From positions 113,398,001 to 113,462,000 of the forward strand of contig OX597817.1 in assembly GCA_951406725.2 (NCBI GenBank): a stretch of 64,000 nucleotides of DNA, in the 5' to 3' direction. Numbering within the stretch: position 1 is the first letter of the stretch; every line of letters begins with the position of its first letter. Below the pieces are notes generated by a model. It searched no databases. It saw only the letters and a program-made list of their open reading frames with translations, and was not told the origin of the DNA. Position numbers and translations under genes: made by a program. Positions 13,454 through 27,194 of the stretch are shown here, piece by piece. The DNA comes from Octopus vulgaris. Lineage: Eukaryota.

Positions 13454-14484
13454 GAGATAACGTATGTGTTTGAACAATTTTTATTTACATATGCAGTGGT
13501 GTGAAACAATTCTAACATGTCAAGCCTGTGACTGTAATTCAATTGTTGATTGTAATTTTTTCCATTAAACCATAAACAGACTTTGGAAAGATGTAAACAT
13601 GTCCTTACCCATACTATCTTGGAGTTATATTTGTTATATGATTTTTCTGGGGAAGAAACACTCTCACACACACACACACACACACACACTGCAAGACATA
13701 AGTGTGTGTCTGTGTATGGGCAAACACATTACAAAAATCATAAACTGTTAGAACTGACTGACAGTGTTGCTTCAGGTCAGATTGACTTCACTTGGAAGCC
13801 TGTTTAGTTACACTTACTGCCTGTTGTTCGTCTCTGTGAATTTTGACATGTGATTTCCTGAACAGAATCTAGAAGTGGAGCCTTCAATCAGAATAAGCTA
13901 AAATAAAAATGTTTGCAAACAAGTGATAACAGGAAATAATATTTGTTTTTATTGGAAACTAGAGCAATGGTTTAGTTGGTTATAGTAGAGTAAAATGTAT
14001 ACTCATAGGATTTATCCAAGACATATTGTGGCATAGTTGTGTGTGTATAAGCTTGTAAGTGCTGAGTTATTGTTGTTTAACCCAAAGTCGTCTCTGATCA
14101 GACACATCTATAATCAAAAATATTCTATCCATGAACATCCAATCTTTTTGTCTCAGACATAGTGTATCAAGGACTACATTATGTAATGTATTCTTCTTTT
14201 TCTAAGATAGACTTAAGTTTCAGAATTGACTGCCATTTCTCACAGGCTTAATGATCACATAATGATTCCTTCATTAACTTAGGTTCTAGATTATTTGCAT
14301 AGTTGTGAACTTAATCTTTGGGAAATGTTGATTCTAAGATTCTAACAAAGGAATTTTTTTTTCATGTGATTACATAATTGAAAAGTATATTGGATATTTT
14401 TTGAAATATTAAAAAAGAATGTACTAAGTTGGTGTGGCAGTTTGTTAGCTTATAGTTTTTTTTTTCTTTTTTTCTCATGTTTAG

Positions 14485-14592
14485 TCCGTTGATATCTCCA
14501 GCCGGCCTGATCCATATCAACGTTCAAACAAAGTGATATTAGACCAATCTGATATGTATACACATGTTTTTTCAGTCTTTGAAAATGCCAAG
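14485..14592 (+). CDS. RMC1: RMC1 coding exon
   Basis: poly-T...tttag| acceptor, AAG|gttagt donor, 108 nt phase 0; SVDISSRPDPYQRSNKVILDQSDMYTHVFSVFENAK (human AVLDQSDVYTHVLSAF). Confidence 0.9.
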
Positions 14593-14689
14593 GTTAGTAA
14601 ATATTTTTTCAGTTTCTCTCTCGTAATAAATGCACAAATTATATTTTTCTCATATTGAAATAGATTACAAAATGCAATAGGAACCAAAA

Positions 14690-15406
14690 TGATGGGTTGG
14701 ACAGTTTGACCAGTGTCTGGGAAGCCAGGAGGCTGCACCAGGCTCCAGTCTGATCTGGCAGTGTTTCTACAGCTGGATGCCTTTCCTAACCCCAACCACT
14801 CCATGAGTATAGTGGGTGCTTTTTACGTACTACCGGCACAGGTGCCAGGGGAGGCTGTCAACGGTCATGATCAGTTGGTGCTGTTTACGTGCCACCGGCA
14901 TGGAAGCCAGTCAAGGCAGCGCTGGCATCAGCCACATTCAAATGGTGCTTTTTACGTGCCACTGGCACAGGTATCACAACTACAATTTCCATTTGATTTT
15001 TATTTTGATGTTGATGTACTTGACTCAATAGGTCTCCTCAAGCACAGCAGGTCGCCCTACGATCCAAAGTAAGCACAGTAGGCCGTCCTGTGATCTAAGG
15101 TACTTTGGATGGGCTGGGGCTGCTATGTGAAGCTGGTGCAGGAAACAGCCATGAACTCACGTTATTTGTCGGGTCTTCGCAGTCACAGCATATGTCCAGA
15201 GATCTCAGTCTTTCGGCATTGCCTCTGTGAGGCCCAATGTTCAATGGTCATGCTTGACCACCTCATCCCATGTCTTCCTGGATCTACCTCTACCCTTGAT
15301 TCCTTCAACTGTTTGGGAGTGGCACTTCACACATTTCTCCTTATCCATCTGTAGTACATGACCATACCTGCACTAACATCTCTCTTGCATGCCACATCCG
15401 ATGCTT
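14690..15406 (-). mobile_element. 5'-truncated RTE copy ~100 bp downstream of an RMC1 exon
   Basis: Homologous to 8700-9360 and 42078-42590. Confidence 0.85.
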
Positions 15407-18230
15407 ATCATTATCAACCATTGAGTTAAGAGTTAGGAGTCAAATTGTTAGCCTACTAGTAGAGGAGTTATTGTCTATTATACCATCATCAGCACTACGC
15501 TGTCTCTTATATAGATACTTAATTCCAGCTAATTCATTTTATGTAGTTAAAAATAAACATCAAATAGAGGTAGATCACATAACTGTTACTGCATAAGTTA
15601 CTGTTGAAATTACAGATATGTGCTCAAATCCTCTTTCAATAGGGAATCAGATGTATCATGCAAGAGAGAAGACAATGCTGATACAAACTTGTGGTTCATA
15701 TGGAAAACGATAACTGCAGAGTAAAAAAAAATCAGTTGATTTAAGTAGGGAGAATTTTCAAAAGAGAAAGACATGGGAAGAAGTGATGAAAGCTAATCTC
15801 ATTAGGCTGAACCTTTCAAAGGAGATGAAATACAACAAATGGCAAAACACTATACTAGAGAAAATTTATTGTTGCAAGCATGTAAATGTAGATGTAAAAA
15901 TGATGATGCTAACTCAATCCATTTAGTTGTAAATAGATATTCAAGGAAGCACAGTTCATTGGTGCAAGAAGCAAGAGATAGCATGTAAATTGATTAGTTG
16001 CTTCGTTATTTTTATCATATTGATCTATTCCGTAATTACTCACAAAATAGAATATCTTATCTAAGACATGTTACAGAAACAACTAAAAATTCAAAGCAAA
16101 ATATAGCAATTGATTTTGTTTTGAAAGTACTTTGTTCATATTATCTGCAAGGGTGGTCAAGTGAGGATCTGTTTTAATTGTTGCTGCCATGTGGGTCTAT
16201 TTAAGAAAAACAAACTTATGTAATTATCTACATGGTGACTCTCTAACACAGCGCTTCTTAAACTATGGGTCGCAAAAATTAAATTCAAACACTTGAATTT
16301 CATTTTATATGTTATTTCACAAATGCATATTTAATACCTGGGGTTGCAAAAAATCTTGTGATGAAAAATGGGGTCATGAATGGAAACAGTTTAAGACGTG
16401 CTACTTTAATATATAATCCATTCAAATCTGGCCATAGTCAACATTATCTTTCAGTTTTCGAGGATTAATAAAATAAAGAACCAGTTTAGCGCTTGAACCC
16501 TTCTCCTAAATTTGAAGCCCTATGTCTGTAGTAGAACTCAATATATACCTCATTTTGCTTTATTTTCCCTACAAAGAGCTTCTAAATGACAAACTGGAAA
16601 TAGCAGTTAAATGAAAGCAACTACATCGTTTCATGTCCAATTCCATTGTACATCATCTTGATAAGTGTCTTCCATCATAGCTTGAGTCAGTTAAGATCTT
16701 GTAGATGAAATCTAGATGGAAAATGGGAGAAACCCATGAGTGAGGCTCCTGTTTTCACTTTCAAGTGGTGCATTTAATCCATCACTCTGTTTAACACTAC
16801 TACCAACTGGCTCTTGGGATGTCTTTAGTGGAGTCCACTATATTTATAAGCATCCAGGCCGGGCCTCTGGTCTCATAATTTCCTTCACCAGTCTGAGATC
16901 CTACAAAGGGTAATGAGTATGCTATCATTTCTCCCTTGATTAGGCCATTAAAAAATATCTCCATATTCTCTATTTTAATGAGTAATGTTTCTAGCTGCTT
17001 CTTAAGCTGACTTGATATTATTTAAACTTAATCCTACTTGAAACCTCTCTCTCTCATATCAATAGAAATGGTAGGCTAGTGATAACCTTCAGGCAGCGTA
17101 AACTACATTAGAAATACTTTAATCTCTACAGCTTACAAATACAGAAAATCTGTCACTAAAGCACAAGAGGGTACACTTTTCAGTATTCTACGTCTGAATC
17201 AAGCACATGCAGTAATTAGAATCAGTGTATATGGTTGAGGAGAAAGATATTCTTCTCAAATGTTTGGAATTTAAGCAACTTTTGTCCTTACTGAATATGA
17301 AGTTCTGTCTTCATATCAAATGGTACACTATGTGACAAGTCATATTGTAAGTATGAAGCAGTGAAAGCTAAAGATTCTCTGTTAGACAGGTTATAATCTG
17401 TTTGATGCTAAATGTGATTCTCAGAAGGAAATTGTGCTCAAATGAGAACAGGAAGTAAATAAACTAATGTGAAGAGTTTTGAACCATAAATTGAATGAAA
17501 TAGAAAACAAGCTCTCTTAGAAGGGTTGACATAAGAAGTTTATTGCAGTGTGATGTGAATGGATAATGGAAGCAAAATGGCTGCTTTTATTTATTTATTA
17601 AAAAGAACATAGTTTATCATACTAAAATAAAAATTCACTTAAGAATTTATCCAGGGCAGACAGTGTATGTGAACTTACAATGATAGCCGCTGTTAGTTGA
17701 AACATTATGCTCTGCCCAACAAAACACAATTCTTTAAGGCTTTGCTATGGCTAGCATTGTTTGTGTAGCTGAAAATAGATGCTAAACAATCTAAGTTGAT
17801 TTACTATCAAATTGTTTACCCTGTGTAGCTGCTAGAAACCTTGTATTTACTTTACCCTTATATCAGAAGTTAACTGAAGACTCATCTGAGACATGGTAGC
17901 ATAAAAAAAAAAACTTGTAATGATAATGTTCCTAATGCTAAACCACATGACCTGCAATGACCTCACATTTTGCTCAGGGTTAAGGGCCTTCTTTTAAGCC
18001 TTAACATCCCTTCCCCCACAAAAATACAAAAAACACAAAGCAATCTATTTGCTTGTCAATCTTTCACTCAACAATATAGTCCAAGCACATCACTTTATCC
18101 AGCCATATACTCTCAGTGACTTGTCTCTGCTACTACATAAATCTCTTCTTCTTATTTCTGTTCTCTAATCTGTGAAGTCTATCTCACTCTCGAGGAACAG
18201 AAACAAAATTCAGAAGCATTACAAAAATTC

Positions 18231-18236
18231 TTTATT
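18231..18236 (-). terminator. Candidate polyadenylation signal of the TMEM121-like gene (implies ~2.2-kb 3' UTR)
   Basis: AATAAA on - strand followed ~20 nt later by a T/GT-rich tract; the interval up to the ORF is repeat-poor. Confidence 0.4.
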
Positions 18237-20410
18237 ATTCACATTTCTTTTCTGCTGTATCTTCGGCTCTGTGTTTTTAACAACTGTGATAAATATAAAA
18301 TTCTTTCCAAAATAATAAATAGGTTGTAGAGGAGAAACTGATTTTACAAAATTGATTCGATGTTTATCTGACTGAAAACTTCTCATGAACTAGAGCCTTT
18401 GATTATTCAAGAAGTCATAGTCTTTAGTAAATAACCTGAAAGAAAATCTTTCTCCATTGTTTACTTAGGATTCACCTTCTGCAAATACTTTTGTTACAGT
18501 TGTAAATGGATTTAGTGTACATGCAATATCAAAGGCGATTTTGAAATATATTTTAAGCAAATCTCTGTATAAACACGATTTGAACTTGTTTTACAACCAT
18601 GCATTAATATTGTCTATAGTAAATATAACAGTGATATACCACATTTTCTTTTAAATGTCAGTTTATTCTGTGATAAACATATAGTTTAATTCTTTTGATT
18701 GTATGTTGTTTTCCAAGACACAAAGTTGTATTGTGCTCCTTTCTTTCTATGCTCAGTTAATGTTGAAGTTTGACTTAGTATTTCTCACTAAACCAGTGTG
18801 TATTTCCATATTTGTGGGTTATAAAACAATAAGATTTGTTACAGAATCCTTTATGATTATCTGAACATGCAAGTTTATCACAGTGTAAACTAATTTCAAG
18901 GACATCTAATTAAAACTACATTAGTTATTTGTTAAACATTTTGGGAAAGTTACTGAAATGTGTTGAAATCTTTGGAAGCTGTATGTAAAATCCAATCACG
19001 AACTATATGTTAATATTTGTTTTGAGATATCATGGCAATGTTATTTGATATATGAGTATTCAGCAATACATTTTCAAAGGGTTATATTTTATAGGGTAGT
19101 GGCATACAAATCTTTGTGTAATGGATAATGATGAGATGTGTGTGAAGAAGAGGAAGAAGTCACTTGAGAATCATATTTCATTTTTTCCTTCGCAACTGTT
19201 GGTTTATAATGTTTCAGTAACACTTAAAATCTTTGAAAGTTTTTCCTTTGTCTTTTTTTTTTGCTACATGAAAAATTATGATTCTCTTCTTTAGCATCAA
19301 CATGAATTTAGACATTGATTTCAGTAATTGTACAGTAACTGCAATTTTGCAATAATTTGCAATTCTCCTCCTTAGCTTCAGATATAGCATTTTTGTCAGA
19401 TCCCTTTGCAACAATTTATATTCTCTTCACTATCTCATAAGATAGCAGCAGTATTCCTGCTAGTATTCTTTATATTTAAAACTCTGGTTGCATTATTCAT
19501 TGCCACTCTGATATCTTTGGGGTTTTTTTCCAGCAGAGGCAGTCATTCCCATGAGTAGCTTTTTATACGATTCTCTTCTCCAATCATTTTAGGAAATTAT
19601 TGTGGTACTGTTATTTTGGAACAGCAACACTAATAATGTCTTTTATATTTGCATAAGATGAATTTTCTATTGCAATGTCACAAGTAATTTATAGCTCTCA
19701 TATTACTTTCTCTGTTTATATTCATGAAGTAGATGCCTAACTGTATCTTCCTGGTTAACATTTCTTTTCTGTGTTATTATGAAAGGTGCCAATTCAATTC
19801 TTGTTGAGTCAAGTGTATCTTTGTTTTCAATATCTCATCTTGCAGTAGTTCTTTAACCATTTAGCATTCACAATATTCTGTCAAAGGGAAGGTTTATTTA
19901 TTCACATTCTTTTGAACTAATCATGCATTATCTTGTAGCTTTGAAATTTTGATGAAGTAATTGTTAATTTTCAGAATGATATTGTAAAGTAGGTGACCAG
20001 TTTGAACATAAAACAAGTAGAATATTTTGGCCAGAAATGGCTGGTTTAAATCCAAGTTACAGATTTCTTTTACTCTTCAACCCAGAACACCAAACATTAA
20101 TTCAATTACTTACATGGTGAAAGTATTATGAGATGTGAAGTTATTTAAAGGAGGACACATTTAAAGTACCTTGCTTTCAATCATGACACCTTAGTATCTT
20201 GTTTGTGTGATTTCATGTGTGTATGAATGATAGATTTTTTTGTTTGAGACTTTTAATGGAGAAAGAGGATATATCTAAGTAACGCATATTATTAAGAAAG
20301 CAGGCAATTTAAAATAACAGTCACAGATAATTCTTTTTCAAGAAGGAAAATCAAGCTTTTTCTGTTTGAAAGCAAGCAATCAATGAAATATACTTAGTGA
20401 TGGGCAGAGA

Positions 20411-21325
20411 TTACATATGGACTTCTCCTTCTTTGTAATTAACTACTGGTTCTTCCCTCTGTTCATCCTCTGCCTTTTCTTTACAAATACGAAACAGATC
20501 ATATGATAATATTCCCATAACTAAGATATTTTTAATAATGAAAGCTGAAAATCCTTCACCAAATTGTTGCCACAGAATCAGTCGAATGGACATGAACAGT
20601 AAGTTAATGATAAAAATTTGGACCACTTTTTGCGCAATCATTAAATGTACAAAAATATGTTTACTTCCAAACTCTTGAATATAGAGAATGGTACATGGGA
20701 ACATTGGTATCATTAGATTGACAACGATTATCACCAATATCATATATACCATACCTTCTGATATTCGTCTTGTTTTTTCTTCTTCATACAATAACTCCAT
20801 AATATCCATTGTATCTAATAAATCTATAGGCACTGTAGCTCCAACTGTATATATAAATGTTTTCAGTCTATCAGGTGTAGTGTGATGTACGTGAGACATC
20901 AGCAGCAAGAAGAATACAACTGCTGTCAGACCAAACATAGCTCTCAGTGCATTTGCACTATAGATTCCAGTTTCATCTTCCATCTCTGCTGCAAAGGAAG
21001 TGAAAACCACTATCAGTTTACTTGATAAAACCATTGCATAAATCACCCAAGTGAGTGGTCCAAAGGGAAAAGTTTTTTTAAACTCATGATTTGGTAACTC
21101 ATAGCCTTCAAAATGTTTTTTATAGGTAAAGTGAATATGAACAATAAACAGAGCTAAGTATATACTATCTGCTATCAGCAGACACCAATATGTCGGTGTT
21201 TCTTTGTAATATACCAACTGGTAGTTGACAACAAGCATCTGCACCAAGAGATTTAGAATAATGGATATCCGCAACAGTCTGTGATGCAGGTATTCATAGT
21301 TTTTGATAATTCTTTGGATCAACAT
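20411..21325 (-). CDS. TMEM121/CECR6 (TMEM121B)-family multi-pass membrane protein, 304 aa, ORF in a single exon, nested antisense in the RMC1 intron
   Basis: Intact ORF with ~7-8 hydrophobic segments and family-like motifs WVIYAMVLSSKLIVVF, FGLTAVVFFLLLMSH, DLLDTMDIMELL, NLMIP, IRLILW, SAFIIKN; acceptor ttttgttttttattttgcag before 21470; in-frame TGA upstream of the ATG. Confidence 0.8.
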   Translation of the reverse strand: MLIQRIIKNYEYLHHRLLRISIILNLLVQMLVVNYQLVYYKETPTYWCLLIADSIYLALFIVHIHFTYKKHFEGYELPNHEFKKTFPFGPLTWVIYAMVLSSKLIVVFTSFAAEMEDETGIYSANALRAMFGLTAVVFFLLLMSHVHHTTPDRLKTFIYTVGATVPIDLLDTMDIMELLYEEEKTRRISEGMVYMILVIIVVNLMIPMFPCTILYIQEFGSKHIFVHLMIAQKVVQIFIINLLFMSIRLILWQQFGEGFSAFIIKNILVMGILSYDLFRICKEKAEDEQREEPVVNYKEGEVHM

Positions 21326-23060
21326 GTTGAATAGTCTAATGATGAGGAATCAAATTATACTGCAAGGCCTCTTGGAAATACTTGGACTGTATCTGCTAAA
21401 AGATGTTGAGTTTTTATATTGATATCTACTTTAGTGCTTGCATTTTCTTTTTTTCATTCTTCCAAATTTTCTGCAAAATAAAAAACAAAATTCAGTTTTG
21501 TAATATTGTGTATTGTAAGAGGAAGCTAAGTAGCTTTCAAAATTTCATTATGAGTCAAAAGGCATATTTTCATTTTTAATATCTATCTATATTATCTATC
21601 TTCTATCTATATTATGATGGAGAAATTTTTTTATAAATTCATGTTCCCAGAAATTTCCTGTAATTTTGATTTCTGAAGTTTATTGAATGTCTAGTTCATT
21701 CATTGTTTGCAATGCTCTGTCTCTCTCTCTCGCACAGACTCTATCTCTCTAATATAAACACACAAACTCACACACATACTGTCTCTGTAATATAAACACA
21801 CACACTCCAGATTTGACTAGCAGAAAAACTGCCTGGAGGGCAGTCTTTCTACTAGTCTTTATAATAGAAGTAATGACACAAAAATGAGCCCACACCTACA
21901 GAAGGTTTTCTGTTATATTGTTGGTGTTCCTATTTAGCCCCATATCAGCCCTAATTGAGCTGATCAGTGATCAAAAACACTCCAAATTCCTTCATTTTTT
22001 TTAACATAGTAGGGTGTGATTGAAGTATTTGATTGCTCTTTTTAGTTAACTGAGTGACTAAGTAGAGATTCCAATATTGGCTTGTGTTTTGTTGTATGTT
22101 AGTAACTGGTCATTGTATCCTTCTTACCTCATATTTATTGAAACAAAAATTAATGTTATATCTTTACTGAAACTATTTGATTTGAATGAACATTGGCTGC
22201 TATTTGTAGCAAGTCAAAGAAATTCCTTCTTTGGCTTTGAGACATTTTAAAAACTTTAATAATAATACTGATGATGATTTCTGATAATTATCTATAATAT
22301 TATTCTGCTTGTTATCACGTGTTTGAAAGTTATCTTTATGTGTCCTTAACTGTTGAAGAAAACCGATGACAGTCAAAATCTTTAACACAATAAAATAAGA
22401 GAGACCATAATTGAAAAGCAAGGATGACGGCTCAAAGGGCATCCAGCTGCAGAATACTGCTTGGAGAAGTCTTGTCCATCCATGCCAACATGTTAAAACA
22501 ATGATGCTGATTATTATTATCATTATTATGTTTTGACTTTTGTCAGAGGCTGCTTAGCTGAATGGTACAGCTGGCATCAGAGAGATACAGTGTTCAATTC
22601 TCTGCAGTCATCTGCTGGCAACTCTTAAGGTGGCAAGCTGGCAGAATCATTAGCATGCCAGGGGAAATGCATAGTGGCATTTCGTCCATCGATACGTTCA
22701 GAGTTAAAATTCTGTTAAGGTTGACTTTGCCTTTCATTCTTTTGGGATTGATAAATTAGGTACCAGTGAAACACTGGGGTCAGTGTAATTGACTTAGCCC
22801 TTCCCCCAAAATGTTAGGCCTTGTACCTATCGTAGAAAGGATTATTGTTATTAAGGCAATGAGCTGACTGAATCATTAGCATACCAGGGGAAATGCTTAG
22901 CGGCATTTCATCCATCTTTATGTTCTGAGTTCAAATTCCACCAAAGTTGACTTTGCTTTCATTGTTTCAGGGTCGATAAATTAAGTACCAGTGAAACACT
23001 GGAGTCAATGTAATTGACTTACTCTATCTCACCAAATTTCAGGCCTTGTGCCTATAATAG

Positions 23061-26000
23061 GTTGTGTTTTGGCTTTACTTATACAAGCTGCACCTGATTC
23101 TGAACCAGAGATGTCAAGAGACAATGAGATTTTACATCTAAAGATGCTAAGAGATGAAATGCCATGCAATTGAAAAAACTAATACTTGTGTGTTAGAGAA
23201 AAAATTAATAATACTGAATGAGTAAGATTGCATTTACAAGAAAGGAATTTACATAAAATATGTGATGTACCCATAAGTATGATCTTTTGCAATTCACCAG
23301 GAATTTGGACTACATATTTGTTTGCTCCTTTTGATCTCCTTCCAACGCCCTGGTAGCAATAGGTAATACTGTTGCTTTGAGATGCCACATTCTTCTGATT
23401 TTAATCTCCAAGGTCCTTATATGTGCTCAATTTCTCAAATGTTTTCAGAGTTGTTGTTTTTTTTTTTGTCAGCTGGGACTGCAACATCAATCAAAAGATT
23501 GTCTGTATTTCCCAAACAGTCAGAACTCTGAAATTCCAAAAGGCAGTAACTTCTTCATTCTGAACAACTTGTGGCAGCTTGTGTTCCCACCTATTATCTT
23601 AGTGTGAGAGGTTGCATGTGCAGTATATTGATCAGTGGATGTACTGAGCCGCCCAGTCATGTCTTTACAAGCATCCAGAGATTATGCAATCAGTTGTCTC
23701 TCTGAATGTTCTCAGCATACACATCATGATGGATTGCTTTCATGTTTCAGAATATTACTTTAGTAATTCATTAGTTGGAAGGCATTAATCCTGAGCAGGA
23801 ATAATACAGTCTTCATTTTCTGGTTTGAGACCAGAGCATGTCAACCCCACTGATGGGTAAGGGTTTGGTCTACATGAAGGTTCCTGACTTTAATTGGGTA
23901 TTTGCCATGCAGTGGTTTTTTGCCTCCATTTCTCCTTAGTGTATTGAAGGCTGGTTTGTTTGGCTATATTTTTTATTTGTTTTGCCTTGTCAGTTGGGGA
24001 CACATTTTCTTTGGACACTGATTCATCTAGCTGCATTTCTTGAAGGTATATTTTTGTGTTTTCCTTCAATGAGTGCAATTTTTTGTTATCGTCATGCTTT
24101 ACATCCAGTCATTTGCTTGTTGCAGGTAGGCTGAGAGCTTTGTGGTTGCAATTTTCAATGATATTTGAGATTGTATTCACTTCCTAACTGCCTTCTTTTC
24201 TTGGAAGATCTATTCAGTCTGTCTCTACTTTGTGGTGATGGATTGTTATCAGCTTTCAGATTTTGACCGCAAAGGTAGACCAGTTTATAACATTGAATTA
24301 GTATATGGTTACAAGCATAGTCTGTATGTTTATGGCCTCAATTTTGTTTTTGACACTCAACTCAGGATAACTCTTACTCTATGATAGCACTCCTTGCTTA
24401 TCTTTTCTCTCATTATTTAGTTTTTAATTCCATCTCCTTTACAGACGCTTAGATACTTATAACTGCCCTCAGGTTCTAATTCTTTATTTTAGTATCTCTA
24501 GGGTGACGTTGCATGTATTTTATAGTTTTCCCTTACCAAATGCAGCCTTGGCGCATTTGTCAAGCCCAAATTCCATTTTGATATCACTAAATTGTTTGAT
24601 TATGTGAAGGAATGCTTGCAGTTGTCGATCAATTTTTGCAAGTCATTCATGTAGAGAAGATAATTGATGGGTTTTCCATACATCTTGTAACCATAATTTG
24701 TTTCATTCAGGGTCTAGGGGATACAGTGCTAAACAGAATGGCAAAGGAGGTAATGAGTCTTCTTGAAAGATTCCACAATTAATATTAACTTCTCCAAAGA
24801 TTGCATTTGTTGTGTCTGTGGAATTAATGTCATGATGTTAGATAAAAAAAAAATCCTGATTTATTGATGAAATTTTGAATATCTCCGAGCATTCCAGTAA
24901 TCCATCTGTGCATTTTGTGTAGTCTGTCCAGGTCACTAAAAGATGTTTTTTCTTGTTGTGGCAGTCATCAAGAATCATTTTGTTAATTAACAGTGGACCC
25001 CACCATCCAAATGGCCCACATTTACAGCCTTTTTGGTTCATTAGGGTAAATGTTGATGATGTGGAATGCATACATGCATTCCATTAGGGCAGAAGTAAGA
25101 ATTTTGTACACTTTTGAAAGGTATGTTATGGGTCTGTAGTTCTTAGGGATTTTTGTTTCCTCATTTTGAGGGAGCAAAAGAAGTGATACCATTGGGGTCA
25201 TTTGTGGTTCCTTCATAATTACATTGTTAATGCAATAAGTTAGCATTTTATGCAAATTAGTAAAGATACTTAAGTCAATAGTTTGGGATCTTAACCTTAC
25301 CAAGTGATATCCATTTACTAGACATTTTCAGTGTAAGTCTGACATCTTCACTGATCTCTTCCCATATCTGCTCTTCTATAAGCTGTATTTTGTTTTGTCT
25401 GAAAATCCATGGGATATCACAGTTATGCTTCTTCTCATCTGTCCAAACTTTACTCCAGAATTCTGAGGTAAGAGAGATTCTATTTTGATTGTGCTCTTTC
25501 TAATGTGCCCATAGTAGAGGTACATGTCTTAGTGGTTAGGGTATTGAGCTTTTAGATCATGAGATTGTGAATTGGGTTCCTGGACCAGATGACACGTTGT
25601 GTTCTTGAGCAAAACACTTCATTTCATATTGCTCCAGTCCACTCACCTGGCAAAAATAAGTAATCCTGCGATGGACCAGTGACCTGTCCAAGTGGGGAAT
25701 ATTATTGCCATGGAAACCAGGAAACTGGCCCTTATGAGTCAGTTTGACTCAAAAGGAAAACCAAACTAATGTGCCTATAGAAATTCCTTGGCTTATTTGG
25801 AAACAATGTTATCTTGGATTATTTTTCAAAATGGTGTAATTGTGCAGTTTTGGCGAGCGCTTCTTGTTTTATCTTCCCCATCACTTCAGCAAACTGGTGT
25901 TTAGACTTTAATTTATATTTTTTTCATTATCTTTCTAGTTTTATGTTATGGCTATTGCTTAAGTTTTTCAGTATTACTATATCTTATCAGAGAGCATTGA

Positions 26001-26400
26001 TTTGTTTCTTGAATTTTTTTCTTGTTTTTCTTTTTTATTTACCACTTTATTTTTTAGTTTTATGTCACACATTTTGGTGCAGTCTATAGCAGCAGCAGCA
26101 TAGACAAACTCATTTATAATAGTCTTAAGGGCCATGTCTGCCTGATAGATTATTTTGACATTTTTTGTTACTATTGCAAATCAGAGGAAGGTCACTGCAT
26201 TCCTTCATGTCCATATTTTGGACTCAGAGCCATTCATTAATTTTTTCTTCAAGTTCTGTCAGATCAACATTATTTATTTCTGCTAAATTGTAGGTAATTT
26301 CAATGGTTTGTTCTCCAGGGAATATATTTATGTTGTTTCTTATTGTGTGTGTTATATTTTATTTACTTCTTCCTATGAAGGTGTTTTTTCTGCTTTGGCT
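23061..26400 (-). mobile_element. Degenerate R4/Dong-clade LINE (RT + restriction-like endonuclease); 5' boundary approximate
   Basis: Fragments PKNYRPIT, NQKGC, GIFQEDSLPPL, MEFGLDKCAK; C-terminal LLIDVAVPAD..EKLSTYKDL.EI..MWHLK..LQKIILMGTSHIL. Confidence 0.8.
25515..25765 (+). mobile_element. tRNA-derived SINE inserted in the Dong relic
   Basis: A-box-like tagtggttagg; 15-bp TSD ctaatgtgcc(c/t)atag at 25500 and 25766. Confidence 0.8.
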
Positions 26401-26842
26401 TTAACATCTTAATGGTTGTTGTTGTTGTTATTTCATGAGCTGACAGAATCGTTAGCATGCTGAGCAGAATGCTCAGTGGCTTTTGATTCTTCTTTACATT
26501 CTGAGTTCAAATTCCACAGAGGTCAACTTTTCTTTTCATCCTTTCAGGGTCAATAAAATAAGTACTAGTCAAGTACTGAGAGTGGGGGTCAATGCAATCG
26601 ACTAGCCCCCTTCCGCAAAGTTTCGGACCTTGTGCCTATTGTAGAAAAGATTATTGTTATTATTATTATTTAGGGTGGTGAACTGGCAGAATCATTAAAG
26701 CATTAGAGAAAACACCATTGCTGTATTTCTTTCAGCTCCCTATGTTCTGAATCTAATTCCTGCCTAGGTCAATTTCTGTTTTCCATTAAAACAGTACCAG
26801 TCAAGTACTAAGGCTCATTTCATCAACTAACCTCCTCCTCGA

Positions 26843-27194
26843 AATTGTTCTTTTGTTAGAAACAATTATTATTTTTTTGTTCCCAAATATCTCAACGAGA
26901 GATATTCAGTAGCAGCACTTCAAAGTAACAATTTTTTGCCAACCTAATGTGGCAGTCCCATTTTGATTAATTTATTCTTTTGTTGGAAGCAGTTGTTTTA
27001 ATTAATTTGTTTTTTAGTTAGAAACAATTATTATTTTGCTGTTCCTAAATCTCTCAACAAGAGATATTCAGTAGCAGCACTTAAAAGTAACAATTTTTTG
27101 CCAACCTAATGTGGCAGTCCCATTTTAATTATTTTTTCTTTTGTTAGAAGCAGTTGTTTTAATTAATTTGTTCTTTTGTTAGAAATAATTATTA
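26843..27194 (+). repeat. ~162-bp tandem duplication (2.2 copies)
   Basis: gttagaaa(c/t)aattattatt at 26855, 27017 and 27178. Confidence 0.9.
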
